Shown in pieces: positions 13,701-28,500 of a stretch of DNA of 64,000 bases. Source of the DNA: the human T2T-CHM13v2.0 reference genome, Homo sapiens. The DNA is taken from the NCBI GenBank assembly GCA_009914755.4, contig CP086569.2, positions 31,488,001 to 31,552,000 on the forward strand, in the 5' to 3' direction. The notes beneath the pieces were generated by a model that ran no database searches, was not told the origin of the DNA, and saw only the letters and a program-made list of their open reading frames with translations. The first letter of the stretch is position 1; each line of letters begins with the position of its first letter. A program made the position numbers and the translations under genes.

Positions 13701-14300
13701 AAACGAAAGGAATGGAGACAGATGGAATGGAATGGAACAGAGAGCAATGGTATAGAATGGAATGGAATCATCTGGAATGGAATTGAATGGAATGGAATAA
13801 TATGAAATGGAATGGAATGGAATGGAATGGAATGCCCTTGAATTAAATGGACTGGAATGGAATGGACTCGAACAGAGTGGAATGGAAAGTGTTGAGATAG
13901 AATGGAATGGACTCCTTTGGAATGGTGTAGTATGCAATGCAATCGACTGGCAGGGAATCAAAAGGAATGTAATGGAATGGATTGGACTGGAATGCAATGG
14001 ACTCGAATAGATTGGAAACGGAATGCAAAGGAATGGAATGGAATAGTATGGAATGGAATGGAAAGGAATGGAGTGGAATAGACTAGAGTGGAATGGAATG
14101 GACTGGAAAGCAATGGACTGGAATGGAACTTTCTTGAATGGACTGGAATCAAACGGAATGGAATGCAATGCAATCAAATGGCATGGAATAAAATAGAATG
14201 AAAGAGAATCAAATGGAATTGAATCGAATGGAATCGAATGGATTGGAAAGGAATAGAATGGAATGGAATGGAATTGACTCAAATGGAATGGACTAGAATG
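10733..14300 (+). repeat. HOR unit U3 (3568 bp)
   Basis: Anchor at 10733. First unit carrying the tgcccttg variant rather than tgtccttg, and gaacgaatgg rather than gaacgaatgc. Confidence 0.85.
12308..12461 (+). other. 154-bp interval bounded by sequences matching the classic DYZ1 male-sexing primer pair (exact match in U3; equivalent interval in every unit, e.g. 1582-1735 in U0)
   Basis: ttgaatggaatgggaacgaatgg lies at 12308-12330. ggacaggcctggaataaagtgga, the reverse complement of the second primer, lies at 12439-12461. The spacing gives exactly 154 bp. The primer sequences are recalled from memory, not looked up. The single HaeIII GGCC site of the unit lies inside the second site (1718-1721 in U0). 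Confidence 0.6.
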
Positions 14301-17300
14301 GAATGGATTCGAATGGAAGGCAAAGGAATGGAATCTATTGGAATGGACTGTAATGGAATGGAATGGAAGGGATTGGAATGGACTCGAATGGAATGGACTG
14401 CAATAGAAAGGATTCGAATGGAATGAAAAAGAATTGAATGGAATAGAACAGAATGGAATCAAATCGAATGAAATGGAATGGAATAGAAAGGAATGGAATG
14501 AAATGGAATGGAAAGGATTCGAATGGAATGCAATCGAATGGAATGGAATCGAACGGAATGGAATAAAATGGAAGAAAACTGGCAAGAAATGGAATCGAAA
14601 TGAATGGAGTGTTATGGAACGGACTCAAAAGGAATTGAATGTAATAGAATGGAGTGGAGTGGATTCGAATATAATGGACTGGAATGGAATGAAATCACAT
14701 GGAATGGGAACGAATGGAATGGAATGGAAAGGAATGGAATCGAATGGAAAGGAATCGAATGGAAGGGAATGAAATTGAATCAACAGGAATGGAAGGGAAT
14801 AGAATAGACGGTAATGGAATGGACTCGAATAGAATGGACACGAATGCTCAAATTGAATGGACTCGAGTGGAATGGAAACGAAAGGAATGTCATCGAATGG
14901 AATTGAATCGATTGGAATGAAATCGCATAGAATGGAGTGGAATCAAATGGAATTGAATCGAAAGGAAAGGAAGCGAATGGACTGAAATGAAATGGAATGG
15001 AATTGAATGGAAAGTAATGCAATGGAATAGAATGGAACGAAATTTCACGGAATGGAATCAAACTGAATGGAATCAAATCAATGGAATCAAATCAAATGGA
15101 ATGGAAAGGAATTGAATGGAGTAGATTGGATTGGATGGGATTGGAATGAAATGTACTGGAAAGGACTCGAATTTCATGAAACGGAATGGAATGAATTGGA
15201 ACGGAATGGACTCGAATGGAATGGAATGTCATGGAATGGCATCAAATGGAATGGCATCAAATGGAATGGAATCGAATGCAATGGAATGCTATGGAATGGA
15301 ATGGAATGCATTGGAATGGAATGTCCTCTAATGGAATGGATTCGAGTGGAATGGAATCGAATATAATGGAGTCGAATGAAATGGAATTGAAAGGAATGGG
15401 ATCGAATACAATGGAATATACTGGAATGTAATGTAATGAACTCGAATGTAATTGACTGGAATGGAATGTACATGAATGGAATGTAATCGAATGGAAAGTA
15501 ATCCAATGGAATAGAATCTAATGCAATAAAACCGACTCAGATAGAGTAGAATGTAATGGAATGGAGTGCAGTGCAATGGAATGGAATGGAATGGAATGCA
15601 ATGGAATGGAATGGAATGGAATGGAATGGAATGGAATGGGATGGAATGGAATGGTGTGGAATGGATAGTAATGGACTGGAGTGAAATGGACTGGAAAGGA
15701 ATGGACTCAAATTGAAAGGGCTCGAAAGGAATGGAGTCAAATGGAATGGTCTGGAATGGAATGAACACGAATGTAATGCAATCCAATAGAATGGAATCGA
15801 ATGGCATGGAATATAAAGAAATGGAATCGAAGAGAATGGAAACAAATGGAATGGAATTGAATGGAATGGAATTGAATGGAATGGGAACGAATGGAGTGAA
15901 ATTTTATGCAGTAGAAAGGAATAGAATGGAATGCAAGCGAAAGGAAAGGAATGGATTGGAATGGAATGGAATTCATTGGAATGGAAGGGAATGTAGTGTA
16001 ATGGACAGGCCTGGAATAAAGTGGAATGCTACGGTCTCGAATGGAATAAAAATGTATGGAATGGAATGCAATGAAACGGAATCGAATGTCATAGAATGTA
16101 ATGGAATGCAAAAAAATGGAATCCAAAATCATTGACTGGAAAGGCTGGGTGTCGAAAGGAATTGACTCCAATGGAATGGAATCGAATGGAATGGAAGTGA
16201 ATAGAATCGAACTAAATCGAATGGAATGGAATTGATAGGAACGGAATGGAAAGGAATGCAATGATTTGGCATGGAATGGAATCGAATGGCATCGAATGGA
16301 ATGGAATGGAATGCAATGGAATGGAATGTATTAGAATGTAATGAACTTTAATGGAATGTACTCGAATGGATTCGACTGGAATGGAATGTTCCGGAAGTGA
16401 ATGGACTCCAATGGAATGGATTCAAAAGGAATGGAATCGTACGGAATGGAATCTAATGGAATGGAATTAAATGGAAATGAATCAAATTGAATAGCACGGA
16501 ATTGAATTGAATGGAATCGAATGCAATGGAATCTAATGAAACGGAAAGGAAAGGAATGGAATGGAACGGAATGGGCTGGAATGGAAAGGAATCGAAACGA
16601 ATGGAATGGAATCGAACTGAAGAGACTGGAATGGAATGCACTGGAATGGAAGGGAGTGTAATGGAAGGTTCTCGAAAAAAATGGAATCGAATGGAATGGA
16701 ATTGAATGGAACGGAATAGAGTCGAATGGAATTGAATGGAATGGAATGGACTAGAGTGAAATGGAATCGAACCACAAGGAATGGACAGGAATAGAATGGT
16801 CTCGAATTGAATGGAATCGTATGGAATGACATCAAACGGAATGGAATGGACACCCACGGAATGGAATGCACTCGAATGCAATGGAGTCGAAACTAATGGA
16901 CTGGAATAGAATGGACTCGACTGGTATGGACTCCAATGGAATGGAATCGAATGGAAGGGAATCGAACGGAATGGACTCGAAGGGAAAAGACTGCAATGGA
17001 AAGGTCTCGAATGGAATGGAAATTAATGGAATGGAATGGAATCGAATGAAATGGAGTCAAAAGGAATGGAATCGAATGGCAAGAAATCGAATGTAATGGA
17101 ATCGCAAGGAATTGATGTGAACGGAACGGAATGGAATGGAATCCAAAGGAATGGAATAGAATGGAATGGAATCGAATGGAAAGGACTCGAATGGAAATCA
17201 CTCGAATAGAATGCAATTTAATAAAATAGGATCAAATGTAATGGAATGGAATGGAAAGGAATCGAAACGAAAGGAATGGAGACAGATGGAATGGAATGGA

Positions 17301-17854
17301 ACAGAGAGCAATGGTATAGAATGGAATGGAATCATGTGGAATGGAATTGAATGGAATGGAATAATATGAAATGGAATGGAATGGAATGCCCTTGAATTAA
17401 ATGGACTGGAATGGAATGGACTCGAACAGAGTGGAATGGAAAGTGTTGAGATAGAATGGAATGGACTCCTTTGGAATGGTGTAGTATGCAATGCAATCGA
17501 CTGGCAGGGAATCAAAAGGAATGTAATGGAATGGATTGGACTGGAATGCAATGGACTCGAATAGATTGGAAACGGAATGCAAAGGAATGGAATGGAATAG
17601 TATGGAATGGAATGGAAAGGAATGGAGTGGAATAGACTAGAGTGGAATGGAATGGACTGGAAAGCAATGGACTGGATTGGAACTTTCTTGAATGGACTGG
17701 AATCAAACGGAATGGAATGCAATGCAATCAAATGGCATGGAATAAAATAGAATGAAAGAGAATCAAATGGAATTGAATCGAATGGAATCGAATGGATTGG
17801 AAAGGAATAGAATGGAATGGAATGGAATTGACTCAAATGGAATGGACTAGAATG
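14301..17854 (+). repeat. HOR unit U4 (3554 bp)
   Basis: Anchor at 14301. Second pentamer tract contracted to 3 copies (17373-17387). Carries the ccgg variant at 16391. Confidence 0.85.
17828..17842 (+). other. Site of the 15-bp presence/absence polymorphism (ttgactcaaatggaa present here, A allele)
   Basis: Present at the 3' end of U0-U4, U7, U8, U10, U12, U16 and U17. Present with a T>G change (A') in U13-U15. Absent (B) in U5, U6, U9 and U11. Confidence 0.8.
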
Positions 17855-20800
17855 GAATGGATTCGAATGGAAGGCAAAGGAATGGAATCTATTGGAATGG
17901 ACTGTAATGGAATGGAATGGAAGGGATTGGAATGGACTCGAATGGAATGGACTGCAATAGAAAGGATTCGAATGGAATGAAAAAGAATTGAATGGAATAG
18001 AACAGAATGGAATCAAATCGAATGAAATGGAATGGAATAGAAAGGAATGGAATGAAATGGAATGGAAAGGATTCGAATGGAATGCAATCGAATGGAATGG
18101 AATCGAACGGAATGGAATAAAATGGAAGAAAACTGGCAAGAAATGGAATAGAAATGAATGGAGTGTTATGGAACGGACTCAAAAGGAATTGAATGTAATA
18201 GAATGGAGTGGAGTGGACTCGAATATAATGGACTGGAATGGAATGAAATCACATGGAATGGGAACGAATGGAATGGAATGGAAAAGAATGGAATCGAATG
18301 GAAAGGAATCGAATGGAAGGGAATGAAATTGAATCAACAGGAATGGAAGGGAATAGAATAGATGGTAATGGAATGGACTCGAATAGAATGGACACGAATG
18401 CTCAAATTGAATGGACTCGAATGGAATGGAAACGAAAGGAATGTCATCGAATGGAATTGAATCGATTGGAATGAAATTGCATAGAATGGAGTGGAATCAA
18501 ATGGAATTGAATCGAAAGGAAAGGAAGCGAATGGACTGAAATGAAATGGAATGGAATTGAATGGAAAGTAATGCAATGGAATAGAATGGAACGAAATTTC
18601 ACGGAATGGAATCAAACTGAATGGAATCAAATCAATGGAATCTAATCAAAGGAATGGAAAGGAATTGAATGGAGTAGATTGGATTGGATGGGATTGGAAT
18701 GAAATGTACTGGAAAGGACTCGAATTTCATGAAACGGAATGGAATGAATTGGAACGGAATGGACTCGAATGGAATGGAATGTCATGGAATGGCATCAAAT
18801 GGAATGGCATCAAATGGAATGGAATCGAATGCAATGGAATGCTATGGAATGGAATGGAATGCATTGGAATGGAATGTCCTCTAATGGAATGGATTCGAGT
18901 GGAATGGAATCGAATATAATGGAGTCGAACGAAATGGAATTGAAAGGAATGGGATCGAATTCAATGGAATATACTGCAATGTAATGTAATGAACTCGAAT
19001 GTAATTGACTGGAATGGAATGTACATGAATGGAATGTAATCGAATGGAAAGTAATCCAACGGAATAGAATCTAATGCAATAAAATCGACTCAGATAGAGT
19101 AGAATGTAATGGAATGGAGTGCAGTGCAATGGAATGGAATGGAATGGAATGCAATGGAATGGAATGGAATGGAATGGAATGGAATGGAATGGAATGGAAT
19201 GGGATGGAATGGTATGGAATGGATAGTAATGGACTGGAGTGAAATGGACTGGAAAGGAATGGACTCAAATTGAAAGGGCTCGAAAGGAATGCAGTCAAAT
19301 GCAATGGTCTGGAATGGAATGAAGACGAATGTATTGCAATCCAATAGAATGGAATCGAATGGCATGGAATATAAAGAAATGGAATCGAAGAGAATGGAAA
19401 CAAATGGAATGGAATTGAATGGAATGGAATTGAATAGAATGGGAACGAATGGAATGAAATTGTATGCAGTAGAAGAGAATAGAATGGAATGCAAGCGAAA
19501 GGAAAGGAATGGATTGGAATGGAATGGAATTCATTGGAATGCAAGGGAATGTAGTGTAATGGACAGGCCTGGAATAAAGTGGAATGCTACGGTCTCGAAT
19601 GGAATAAAAATGTATGGAATGGAATGCAATGAAACGGAATCGAATGTCATAGAATGTAATGGAATGCAAAAAAATGGAATCCAAAATCATTGACTGGAAA
19701 GGCTGGGTGTCGAAAGGAATTGACTCCAATGGAATGGAATCAAATGGAATGGAAGTGAATAGAATCGAACTAAATCGAATGGAATGGAATTGATAGGAAC
19801 GGAATGGAAAGGAATGCAATGATTTGGCATGGAATGGAATCGAATGGCATCGAATGGAATGGAATGGAATGCAATGGAATGGAATGTATTAGAATGTAAT
19901 GAACTTTAATGGAATGTACTCGAATGGATTCGACTGGAATGGAATGTTGTGGAAGTGAATGGACTCCAATGGAATGGATTGAAAAGGAATGGAATCGTAC
20001 GGAATGGAATCTAATGGAATGGAATTAAATGGAAATGAATCAAATTGAATAGCACGGAATTGAATTGAATGGAATGGAATGCAATGGAATCTAATGAAAC
20101 GGAAAGGAAAGGAATGGAATGGAATGGAATGGGCTGGAATGGAAAGGAATCGAAACGAATGGAATGGAATCGAACTGAAGAGACTGGAATGGAATGCACT
20201 GGAATGGAAGGGAGTGTAATGGAAGGTTGTCGAAAAAAATGGAATCGAATGGAATGGAATTGAATGGAACGGAATAGAGTCGAATGGAATTGAATGGAAT
20301 GGAATGGACTAGAGTGAAATGGAATCGAACCACAAGGAATGGACAGGAATAGAATGGTCTCGAATTGAATGGAATCGTATGGAATGGCATCAAACGGAAT
20401 GGAATGGACAGCCACGGAATGGAATGCACTCGAATGCAATGGAGTCGAAACTAATGGACTGGAATAGAATGGACTCGACTGGTACGGACTCCAATGGAAT
20501 GGAATCGAATGGAAGGGAATCGAACGGAATGGACTCGAAGGGAAAAGACTGCAATGGAAAGGTCTCGAATGGAATGGAAATTAATGGAATGGAATGGAAT
20601 CGAATGAAAAGGAGTCAAAAGGAATGGAATCGAATGGCAAGAAATCGAATGTAATGGAATCGCAAGGAATTGATGTGAACGGAATGGAATGGAATGGAAT
20701 CCAAAGGAATGGAATAGAATGGAATGGAATCGAATGGAAAGGACTCGAATGGAAATCACTCGAATAGAATGCAATTTAATAAAATAGGATCAAATGTAAT

Positions 20801-21407
20801 GGAATGGAATGGAAAGGAATCGAAACGAAAGGAATGGAGACAGATGGAATGGAATGGAACAGAGAGCAATGGTATAGAATGGAATGGAATCATCTGGAAT
20901 GGAATTGAATGGAATGGAATAATATGAAATGGAATGGAATGGAATGGAATGGAATGCCCTTGAATTAAATGGACTGGAATGGAATGGACTCGAACAGAGT
21001 GGAATGGAAAGTGTTGAGATAGAATGGAATGGACTCCTTTGGAATGGTGTAGTATGCAATGCAATCGACTGGCAGGGAATCAAAAGGAATGTAATGGAAT
21101 GGATTGGACTGGAATGCAATGGACTCGAATAGATTGGAAACGGAATGCAAAGGAATGGAATGGAATAGTATGGAATGGAATGGAAAGGAATGGAGTGGAA
21201 TAGACTAGAGTGGAATGGAATGGACTGGAAAGCAATGGACTGGAATGGAACTTTCTTGAATGGACTGGAATCAAACGGAATGGAATGCAATGCAATCAAA
21301 TGGCATGGAATAAAATAGAATGAAAGAGAATCAAATGGAATTGAATCGAATGGAATCGAATGGATTGGAAAGGAATAGAATGGAATGGAATGGAATGGAC
21401 TAGAATG
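17855..21407 (+). repeat. HOR unit U5 (3553 bp), 15-bp-deletion (B) allele at 3' end
   Basis: Anchor at 17855. Lacks ttgactcaaatggaa near 21390. Carries gaaaagaatgg and tctaatcaaagg variants shared with U8 and U9. Confidence 0.85.
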
Positions 21408-24400
21408 GAATGGATTCGAATGGAAGGCAAAGGAATGGAATCTATTGGAATGGACTGTAATGGAATGGAATGGAAGGGATTGGAATGGACTCGAATGGAA
21501 TGGACTGCAATAGAAAGGATTCGAATGGAATGAAAAAGAATTGAATGGAATAGAACAGAATGGAATCAAATCGAATGAAATGGAATGGAATAGAAAGGAA
21601 TGGAATGAAATGGAATGGAAAGGATTCGAATGGAATGCAATCGAATGGAATGGAATCGAACGGAATGGAATAAAATGGAAGAAAACTGGCAAGAAATGGA
21701 ATCGAAATGAATGGAGTGTTATGGAACGGACTCAAAAGGAATTGAATGTAATAGAATGGAGTGGAGTGGACTCGAATATAATGGACTGGAATGGAATGAA
21801 ATCACATGGAATGGGAACGAATGGAATGGAATGGAAAGGAATGGAATCGAATGGAAAGGAATCGAATGGAAGGGAATGAAATTGAATCAACAGGAATGGA
21901 AGGGAATAGAATAGACGGTAATGGAATGGACTCGAATAGAATGGACACGAATGCTGAAATTGAATGGACTCGAATGGAATGGAAACGAAAGGAATGTCAT
22001 CGAATGGAATTGAATCGATTGGAATGAAATCGCATAGAATGGAGTGGAATCAAATGGAATTGAATCGAAAGGAAAGGAAGCGAATGGACTGAAATGAAAT
22101 GGAATGGAATTGAATGGAAAGTAATGCAATGGAATAGAATGGAACGAAATTTCACGGAATGGAATCAAACTGAATGGAATCAAATCAATGGAATCAAATC
22201 AAATGGAATGGAAAGGAATTGAATGGAGTAGATTGGATTGGATGGGATTGGAATGAAATGTACTGGAAAGGACTCGAATTTCATGAAACGGAATGGAATG
22301 AATTGGAACGGAATGGACTCGAATGGAATGGAATGTCATGGAATGGCATCAAATGGAATGGCATCAAATGGAATGGAATCGAATGCAATGGAATGCTATG
22401 GAATGGAATGGAATGCATTGGAATGGAATGTCCTCTAATGGAATGGATTCGAGTGGAATGGAATCGAATATAATGGAGTCGAATGAAATGGAATTGAAAG
22501 GAATGGGATCGAATACAATGGAATATACTGGAATGTAATGTAATGAACTCGAATGTAATTGACTGGAATGGAATGTACATGAATGGAATGTAATCGAATG
22601 GAAAGTAATCCAATGGAATAGAATCTAATGCAATAAAACCGACTCAGATAGAGTAGTATGTAATGGAATGGAGTGCAGTGCAATGGAATGGAATGGAATG
22701 GAATGCAAAGGAATGGAATGGAATGGAATGGAATGGAATGGAATGGGATGGGTTGGAATGGTATGGAATGGATAGTAATGGACTGGAGTGAAATGGACTG
22801 GAAAGGAATGGACTCAAATTGAAAGGGCTCGAAAGGAATGGAGTCAAATGGAATGGTCTGGAATGGAATGAACACGAATGTAATGCAATCCAATAGAATG
22901 GAATCGAATGGCATGGAATATAAAGAAATGGAATCGAAGAGAATGGAAACAAATGGAATGGAATTGAATGGAATGGAATTGAATGGAATGGGAACGAATG
23001 GAGTGAAATTTTATGCAGTAGAAAGGAATAGAATGGAATGCAAGCGAAAGGAAAGGAATGGATTGGAATGGAATGGAATTCATTGGAATGGAAGGGAATG
23101 TAGTGTAATGGACAGGCCTGGAATAAAGTGGAATGCTACGGTCTCGAATGGAATAAAAATGTATGGAATGGAATGCAATGAAACGGAATCGAATGTCATA
23201 GAATGTAATGGAATGCAAAAAAATGGAATCCAAAATCATTGACTGGAAAGGCTGGGTGTCGAAAGGAATTGACTCCAATGGAATGGAATCGAATGGAATG
23301 GAAGTGAATAGAATCGAACTAAATCGAATGGAATGGAATTGATAGGAACGGAATGGAAAGGAATGCAATGATTTGGCATGGAATGGAATCGAATGGCATC
23401 GAATGGAATGGAATGGAATGCAATGGAATGGAATGTATTAGAATGTAATGAACTTTAATGGAATGTACTCGAATGGATTCGACTGGAATGGAATGTTCCG
23501 GAAGTGAATGGACTCCAATGGAATGGATTCAAAAGGAATGGAATCGTACGGAATGGAATCTAATGGAATGGAATTAAATGGAAATGAATCAAATTGAATA
23601 GCACGGAATTGAATTGAATGGAATCGAATGCAATGGAATCTAATGAAACGGAAAGGAAAGGAATGGAATGGAACGGAATGGGCTGGAATGGAAAGGAATC
23701 GAAACGAATGGAATGGAATCGAACTGAAGAGACTGGAATGGAATGCACTGGAATGGAAGGGAGTGTAATGGAAGGTTCTCGAAAAAAATGGAATCGAATG
23801 GAATGGAATTGAATGGAACGGAATAGAGTCGAATGGAATTGAATGGAATGGAATGGACTAGAGTGAAATGGAATCGAACCACAAGGAATGGACAGGAATA
23901 GAATGGTCTCGAATTGAATGGAATCGTATGGAATGACATCAAACGGAATGGAATGGACAGCCACGGAATGGAATGCACTCGAATGCAATGGAGTCGAAAC
24001 TAATGGACTGGAATAGAATGGACTCGACTGGTACGGACTCCAATGGAATGGAATCGAATGGAAGGGAATCGAACGGAATGGACTCGAAGGGAAAAGACTG
24101 CAATGGAAAGGTCTCGAATGGAATGGAAATTAATGGAATGGAATGGAATCGAATGAAATGGAGTCAAAAGGAATGGAATCGAATGGCAAGAAATCGAATG
24201 TAATGGAATCGCAAGGAATTGATGTGAACGGAACGGAATGGAATGGAATCCAAAGGAATGGAATAGAATGGAATGGAATCGAATGGAAAGGACTCGAATG
24301 GAAATCACTCGAATAGAATGCAATTTAATAAAATAGGATCAAATGTAATGGAATGGAATGGAAAGGAATCGAAACGAAAGGAATGGAGACAGATGGAATG

Positions 24401-24946
24401 GAATGGAACAGAGAGCAATGGTATAGAATGGAATGGAATCATGTGGAATGGAATTGAATGGAATGGAATAATATGAAATGGAATGGAATGGAATGCCCTT
24501 GAATTAAATGGACTGGAATGGAATGGACTCGAACAGAGTGGAATGGAAAGTGTTGAGATAGAATGGAATGGACTCCTTTGGAATGGTGTAGTATGCAATG
24601 CAATCGACTGGCAGGGAATCAAAAGGAATGTAATGGAATGGATTGGACTGGAATGCAATGGACTCGAATAGATTGGAAACGGAATGCAAAGGAATGGAAT
24701 GGAATAGTATGGAATGGAATGGAAAGGAATGGAGTGGAATAGACTAGAGTGGAATGGAATGGACTGGAAAGCAATGGACTGGAATGGAACTTTCTTGAAT
24801 GGACTGGAATCAAACGGAATGGAATGCAATGCAATCAAATGGCATGGAATAAAATAGAATGAAAGAGAATCAAATGGAATTGAATCGAATGGAATCGAAT
24901 GGATTGGAAAGGAATAGAATGGAATGGAATGGAATGGACTAGAATG
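21408..24946 (+). repeat. HOR unit U6 (3539 bp), B allele at 3' end
   Basis: Anchor at 21408. 15-bp deletion near 24930. Second pentamer tract has 3 copies. Confidence 0.85.
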
Positions 24947-27900
24947 GAATGGATTCGAATGGAAGGCAAAGGAATGGAATCTATTGGAATGGACTGTAAT
25001 GGAATGGAATGGAAGGGATTGGAATGGACTCGAATGGAATGGACTGCAATAGAAAGGATTCGAATGGAATGAAAAAGAATTGAATGGAATAGAACAGAAT
25101 GGAATCAAATCGAATGAAATGGAATGGAATAGAAAGGAATGGAATGAAATGGAATGGAAAGGATTCGAATGGAATGCAATCGAATGGAATGGAATCGAAC
25201 GGAATGGAATAAAATGGAAGAAAACTGGCAAGAAATGGAATCGAAATGAATGGAGTGTTATGGAACGGACTCAAAAGGAATTGAATGTAATAGAATGGAG
25301 TGGAGTGGACTCGAATATAATGGACTGGAATGGAATGAAATCACATGGAATGGGAACGAATGGAATGGAATGGAAAGGAATGGAATCGAATGGAAAGGAA
25401 TCGAATGGAAGGGAATGAAATTGAATCAACAGGAATGGAAGGGAATAGAATAGACGGTAATGGAATGGACTCGAATAGAATGGACACGAATGCTGAAATT
25501 GAATGGACTCGAATGGAATGGAAACGAAAGGAATGTCATCGAATGGAATTGAATCGATTGGAATGAAATCGCATAGAATGGAGTGGAATCAAATGGAATT
25601 GAATCGAAAGGAAAGGAAGCGAATGGACTGAAATGAAATGGAATGGAATTGAATGGAAAGTAATGCAATGGAATAGAATGGAACGAAATTTCACGGAATG
25701 GAATCAAACTGAATGGAATCAAATCAATGGAATCAAATCAAATGGAATGGAAAGGAATTGAATGGAGTAGATTGGATTGGATGGGATTGGAATGAAATGT
25801 ACTGGAAAGGACTCGAATTTCATGAAACGGAATGGAATGAATTGGAACGGAATGGACTCGAATGGAATGGAATGTCATGGAATGGCATCAAATGGAATGG
25901 CATCAAATGGAATGGAATCGAATGCAATGGAATGCTATGGAATGGAATGGAATGCATTGGAATGGAATGTCCTCTAATGGAATGGATTCGAGTGGAATGG
26001 AATCGAATATAATGGAGTCGAATGAAATGGAATTGAAAGGAATGGGATCGAATACAATGGAATATACTGGAATGTAATGTAATGAACTCGAATGTAATTG
26101 ACTGGAATGGAATGTACATGAATGGAATGTAATCGAATGGAAAGTAATCCAATGGAATAGAATCTAATGCAATAAAACCGACTCAGATAGAGTAGTATGT
26201 AATGGAATGGAGTGCAGTGCAATGGAATGGAATGGAATGGAATGCAATGGAATGGAATGGAATGGAATGGAATGGAATGGAATGGGATGGGTTGGAATGG
26301 TATGGAATGGATAGTAATGGACTGGAGTGAAATGGACTGGAAAGGAATGGACTCAAATTGAAAGGGCTCGAAAGGAATGGAGTCAAATGGAATGGTCTGG
26401 AATGGAATGAACACGAATGTAATGCAATCCAATAGAATGGAATCGAATGGCATGGAATATAAAGAAATGGAATCGAAGAGAATGGAAACAAATGGAATGG
26501 AATTGAATGGAATGGAATTGAATGGAATGGGAACGAATGGAGTGAAATTTTATGCAGTAGAAAGGAATAGAATGGAATGCAAGCGAAAGGAAAGGAATGG
26601 ATTGGAATGGAATGGAATTCATTGGAATGGAAGGGAATGTAGTGTAATGGACAGGCCTGGAATAAAGTGGAATGCTACGGTCTCGAATGGAATAAAAATG
26701 TATGGAATGGAATGCAATGAAACGGAATCGAATGTCATAGAATGTAATGGAATGCAAAAAAATGGAATCCAAAATCATTGACTGGAAAGGCTGGGTGTCG
26801 AAAGGAATTGACTCCAATGGAATGGAATCGAATGGAATGGAAGTGAATAGAATCGAACTAAATCGAATGGAATGGAATTGATAGGAACGGAATGGAAAGG
26901 AATGCAATGATTTGGCATGGAATGGAATCGAATGGCATCGAATGGAATGGAATGGAATGCAATGGAATGGAATGTATTAGAATGTAATGAACTTTAATGG
27001 AATGTACTCGAATGGATTCGACTGGAATGGAATGTTCCGGAAGTGAATGGACTCCAATGGAATGGATTCAAAAGGAATGGAATCGTACGGAATGGAATCT
27101 AATGGAATGGAATTAAATGGAAATGAATCAAATTGAATAGCACGGAATTGAATTGAATGGAATCGAATGCAATGGAATCTAATGAAACGGAAAGGAAAGG
27201 AATGGAATGGAACGGAATGGGCTGGAATGGAAAGGAATCGAAACGAATGGAATGGAATCGAACTGAAGAGACTGGAATGGAATGCACTGGAATGGAAGGG
27301 AGTGTAATGGAAGGTTCTCGAAAAAAATGGAATCGAATGGAATGGAATTGAATGGAACGGAATAGAGTCGAATGGAATTGAATGGAATGGAATGGACTAG
27401 AGTGAAATGGAATCGAACCACAAGGAATGGACAGGAATAGAATGGTCTCGAATTGAATGGAATCGTATGGAATGACATCAAACGGAATGGAATGGACACC
27501 CACGGAATGGAATGCACTCGAATGCAATGGAGTCGAAACTAATGGACTGGAATAGAATGGACTCGACTGGTACGGACTCCAATGGAATGGAATCGAATGG
27601 AAGGGAATCGAACGGAATGGACTCGAAGGGAAAAGACTGCAATGGAAAGGTCTCGAATGGAATGGAAATTAATGGAATGGAATGGAATCGAATGAAATGG
27701 AGTCAAAAGGAATGGAATCGAATGGCAAGAAATCGAATGTAATGGAATCGCAAGGAATTGATGTGAACGGAACGGAATGGAATGGAATCCAAAGGAATGG
27801 AATAGAATGGAATGGAATCGAATGGAAAGGACTCGAATGGAAATCACTCGAATAGAATGCAATTTAATAAAATAGGATCAAATGTAATGGAATGGAATGG

Positions 27901-28500
27901 AAAGGAATCGAAACGAAAGGAATGGAGACAGATGGAATGGAATGGAACAGAGAGCAATGGTATAGAATGGAATGGAATCATGTGGAATGGAATTGAATGG
28001 AATGGAATAATATGAAATGGAATGGAATGGAATGCCCTTGAATTAAATGGACTGGAATGGAATGGACTCGAACAGAGTGGAATGGAAAGTGTTGAGATAG
28101 AATGGAATGGACTCCTTTGGAATGGTGTAGTATGCAATGCAATCGACTGGCAGGGAATCAAAAGGAATGTAATGGAATGGATTGGACTGGAATGCAATGG
28201 ACTCGAATAGATTGGAAACGGAATGCAAAGGAATGGAATGGAATAGTATGGAATGGAATGGAAAGGAATGGAGTGGAATAGACTAGAGTGGAATGGAATG
28301 GACTGGAAAGCAATGGACTGGATTGGAACTTTCTTGAATGGACTGGAATCAAACGGAATGGAATGCAATGCAATCAAATGGCATGGAATAAAATAGAATG
28401 AAAGAGAATCAAATGGAATTGAATCGAATGGAATCGAATGGATTGGAAAGGAATAGAATGGAATGGAATGGAATTGACTCAAATGGAATGGACTAGAATG
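24947..28500 (+). repeat. HOR unit U7 (3554 bp)
   Basis: Anchor at 24947. Near-identical to U6 over most of its length. Confidence 0.85.

Noticed and set aside
16391-16399. ccggaagtg, a perfect ETS/GABP-type core, in the units where ctggaagtg has C at the CpG (U4, U6, U7, U10, U12, U13)
   Set aside because: It is a 9-mer created by one CpG variant in a purine-rich repeat that makes GGAA cores everywhere. There is no promoter context, and the variant is polymorphic between units.
17198-18139. 300-375-codon minus-strand ORFs (e.g. 313 aa here, 375 aa at 33314-34441) and dozens of 60-175-aa ORFs on both strands
   Set aside because: They are periodic with the HOR, mutually overlapping on both strands and purely low-complexity (IPFHS or MEWNG repeats). 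They are explained by the scarcity of stop codons in GGAAT/ATTCC repeats. No CDS is called.
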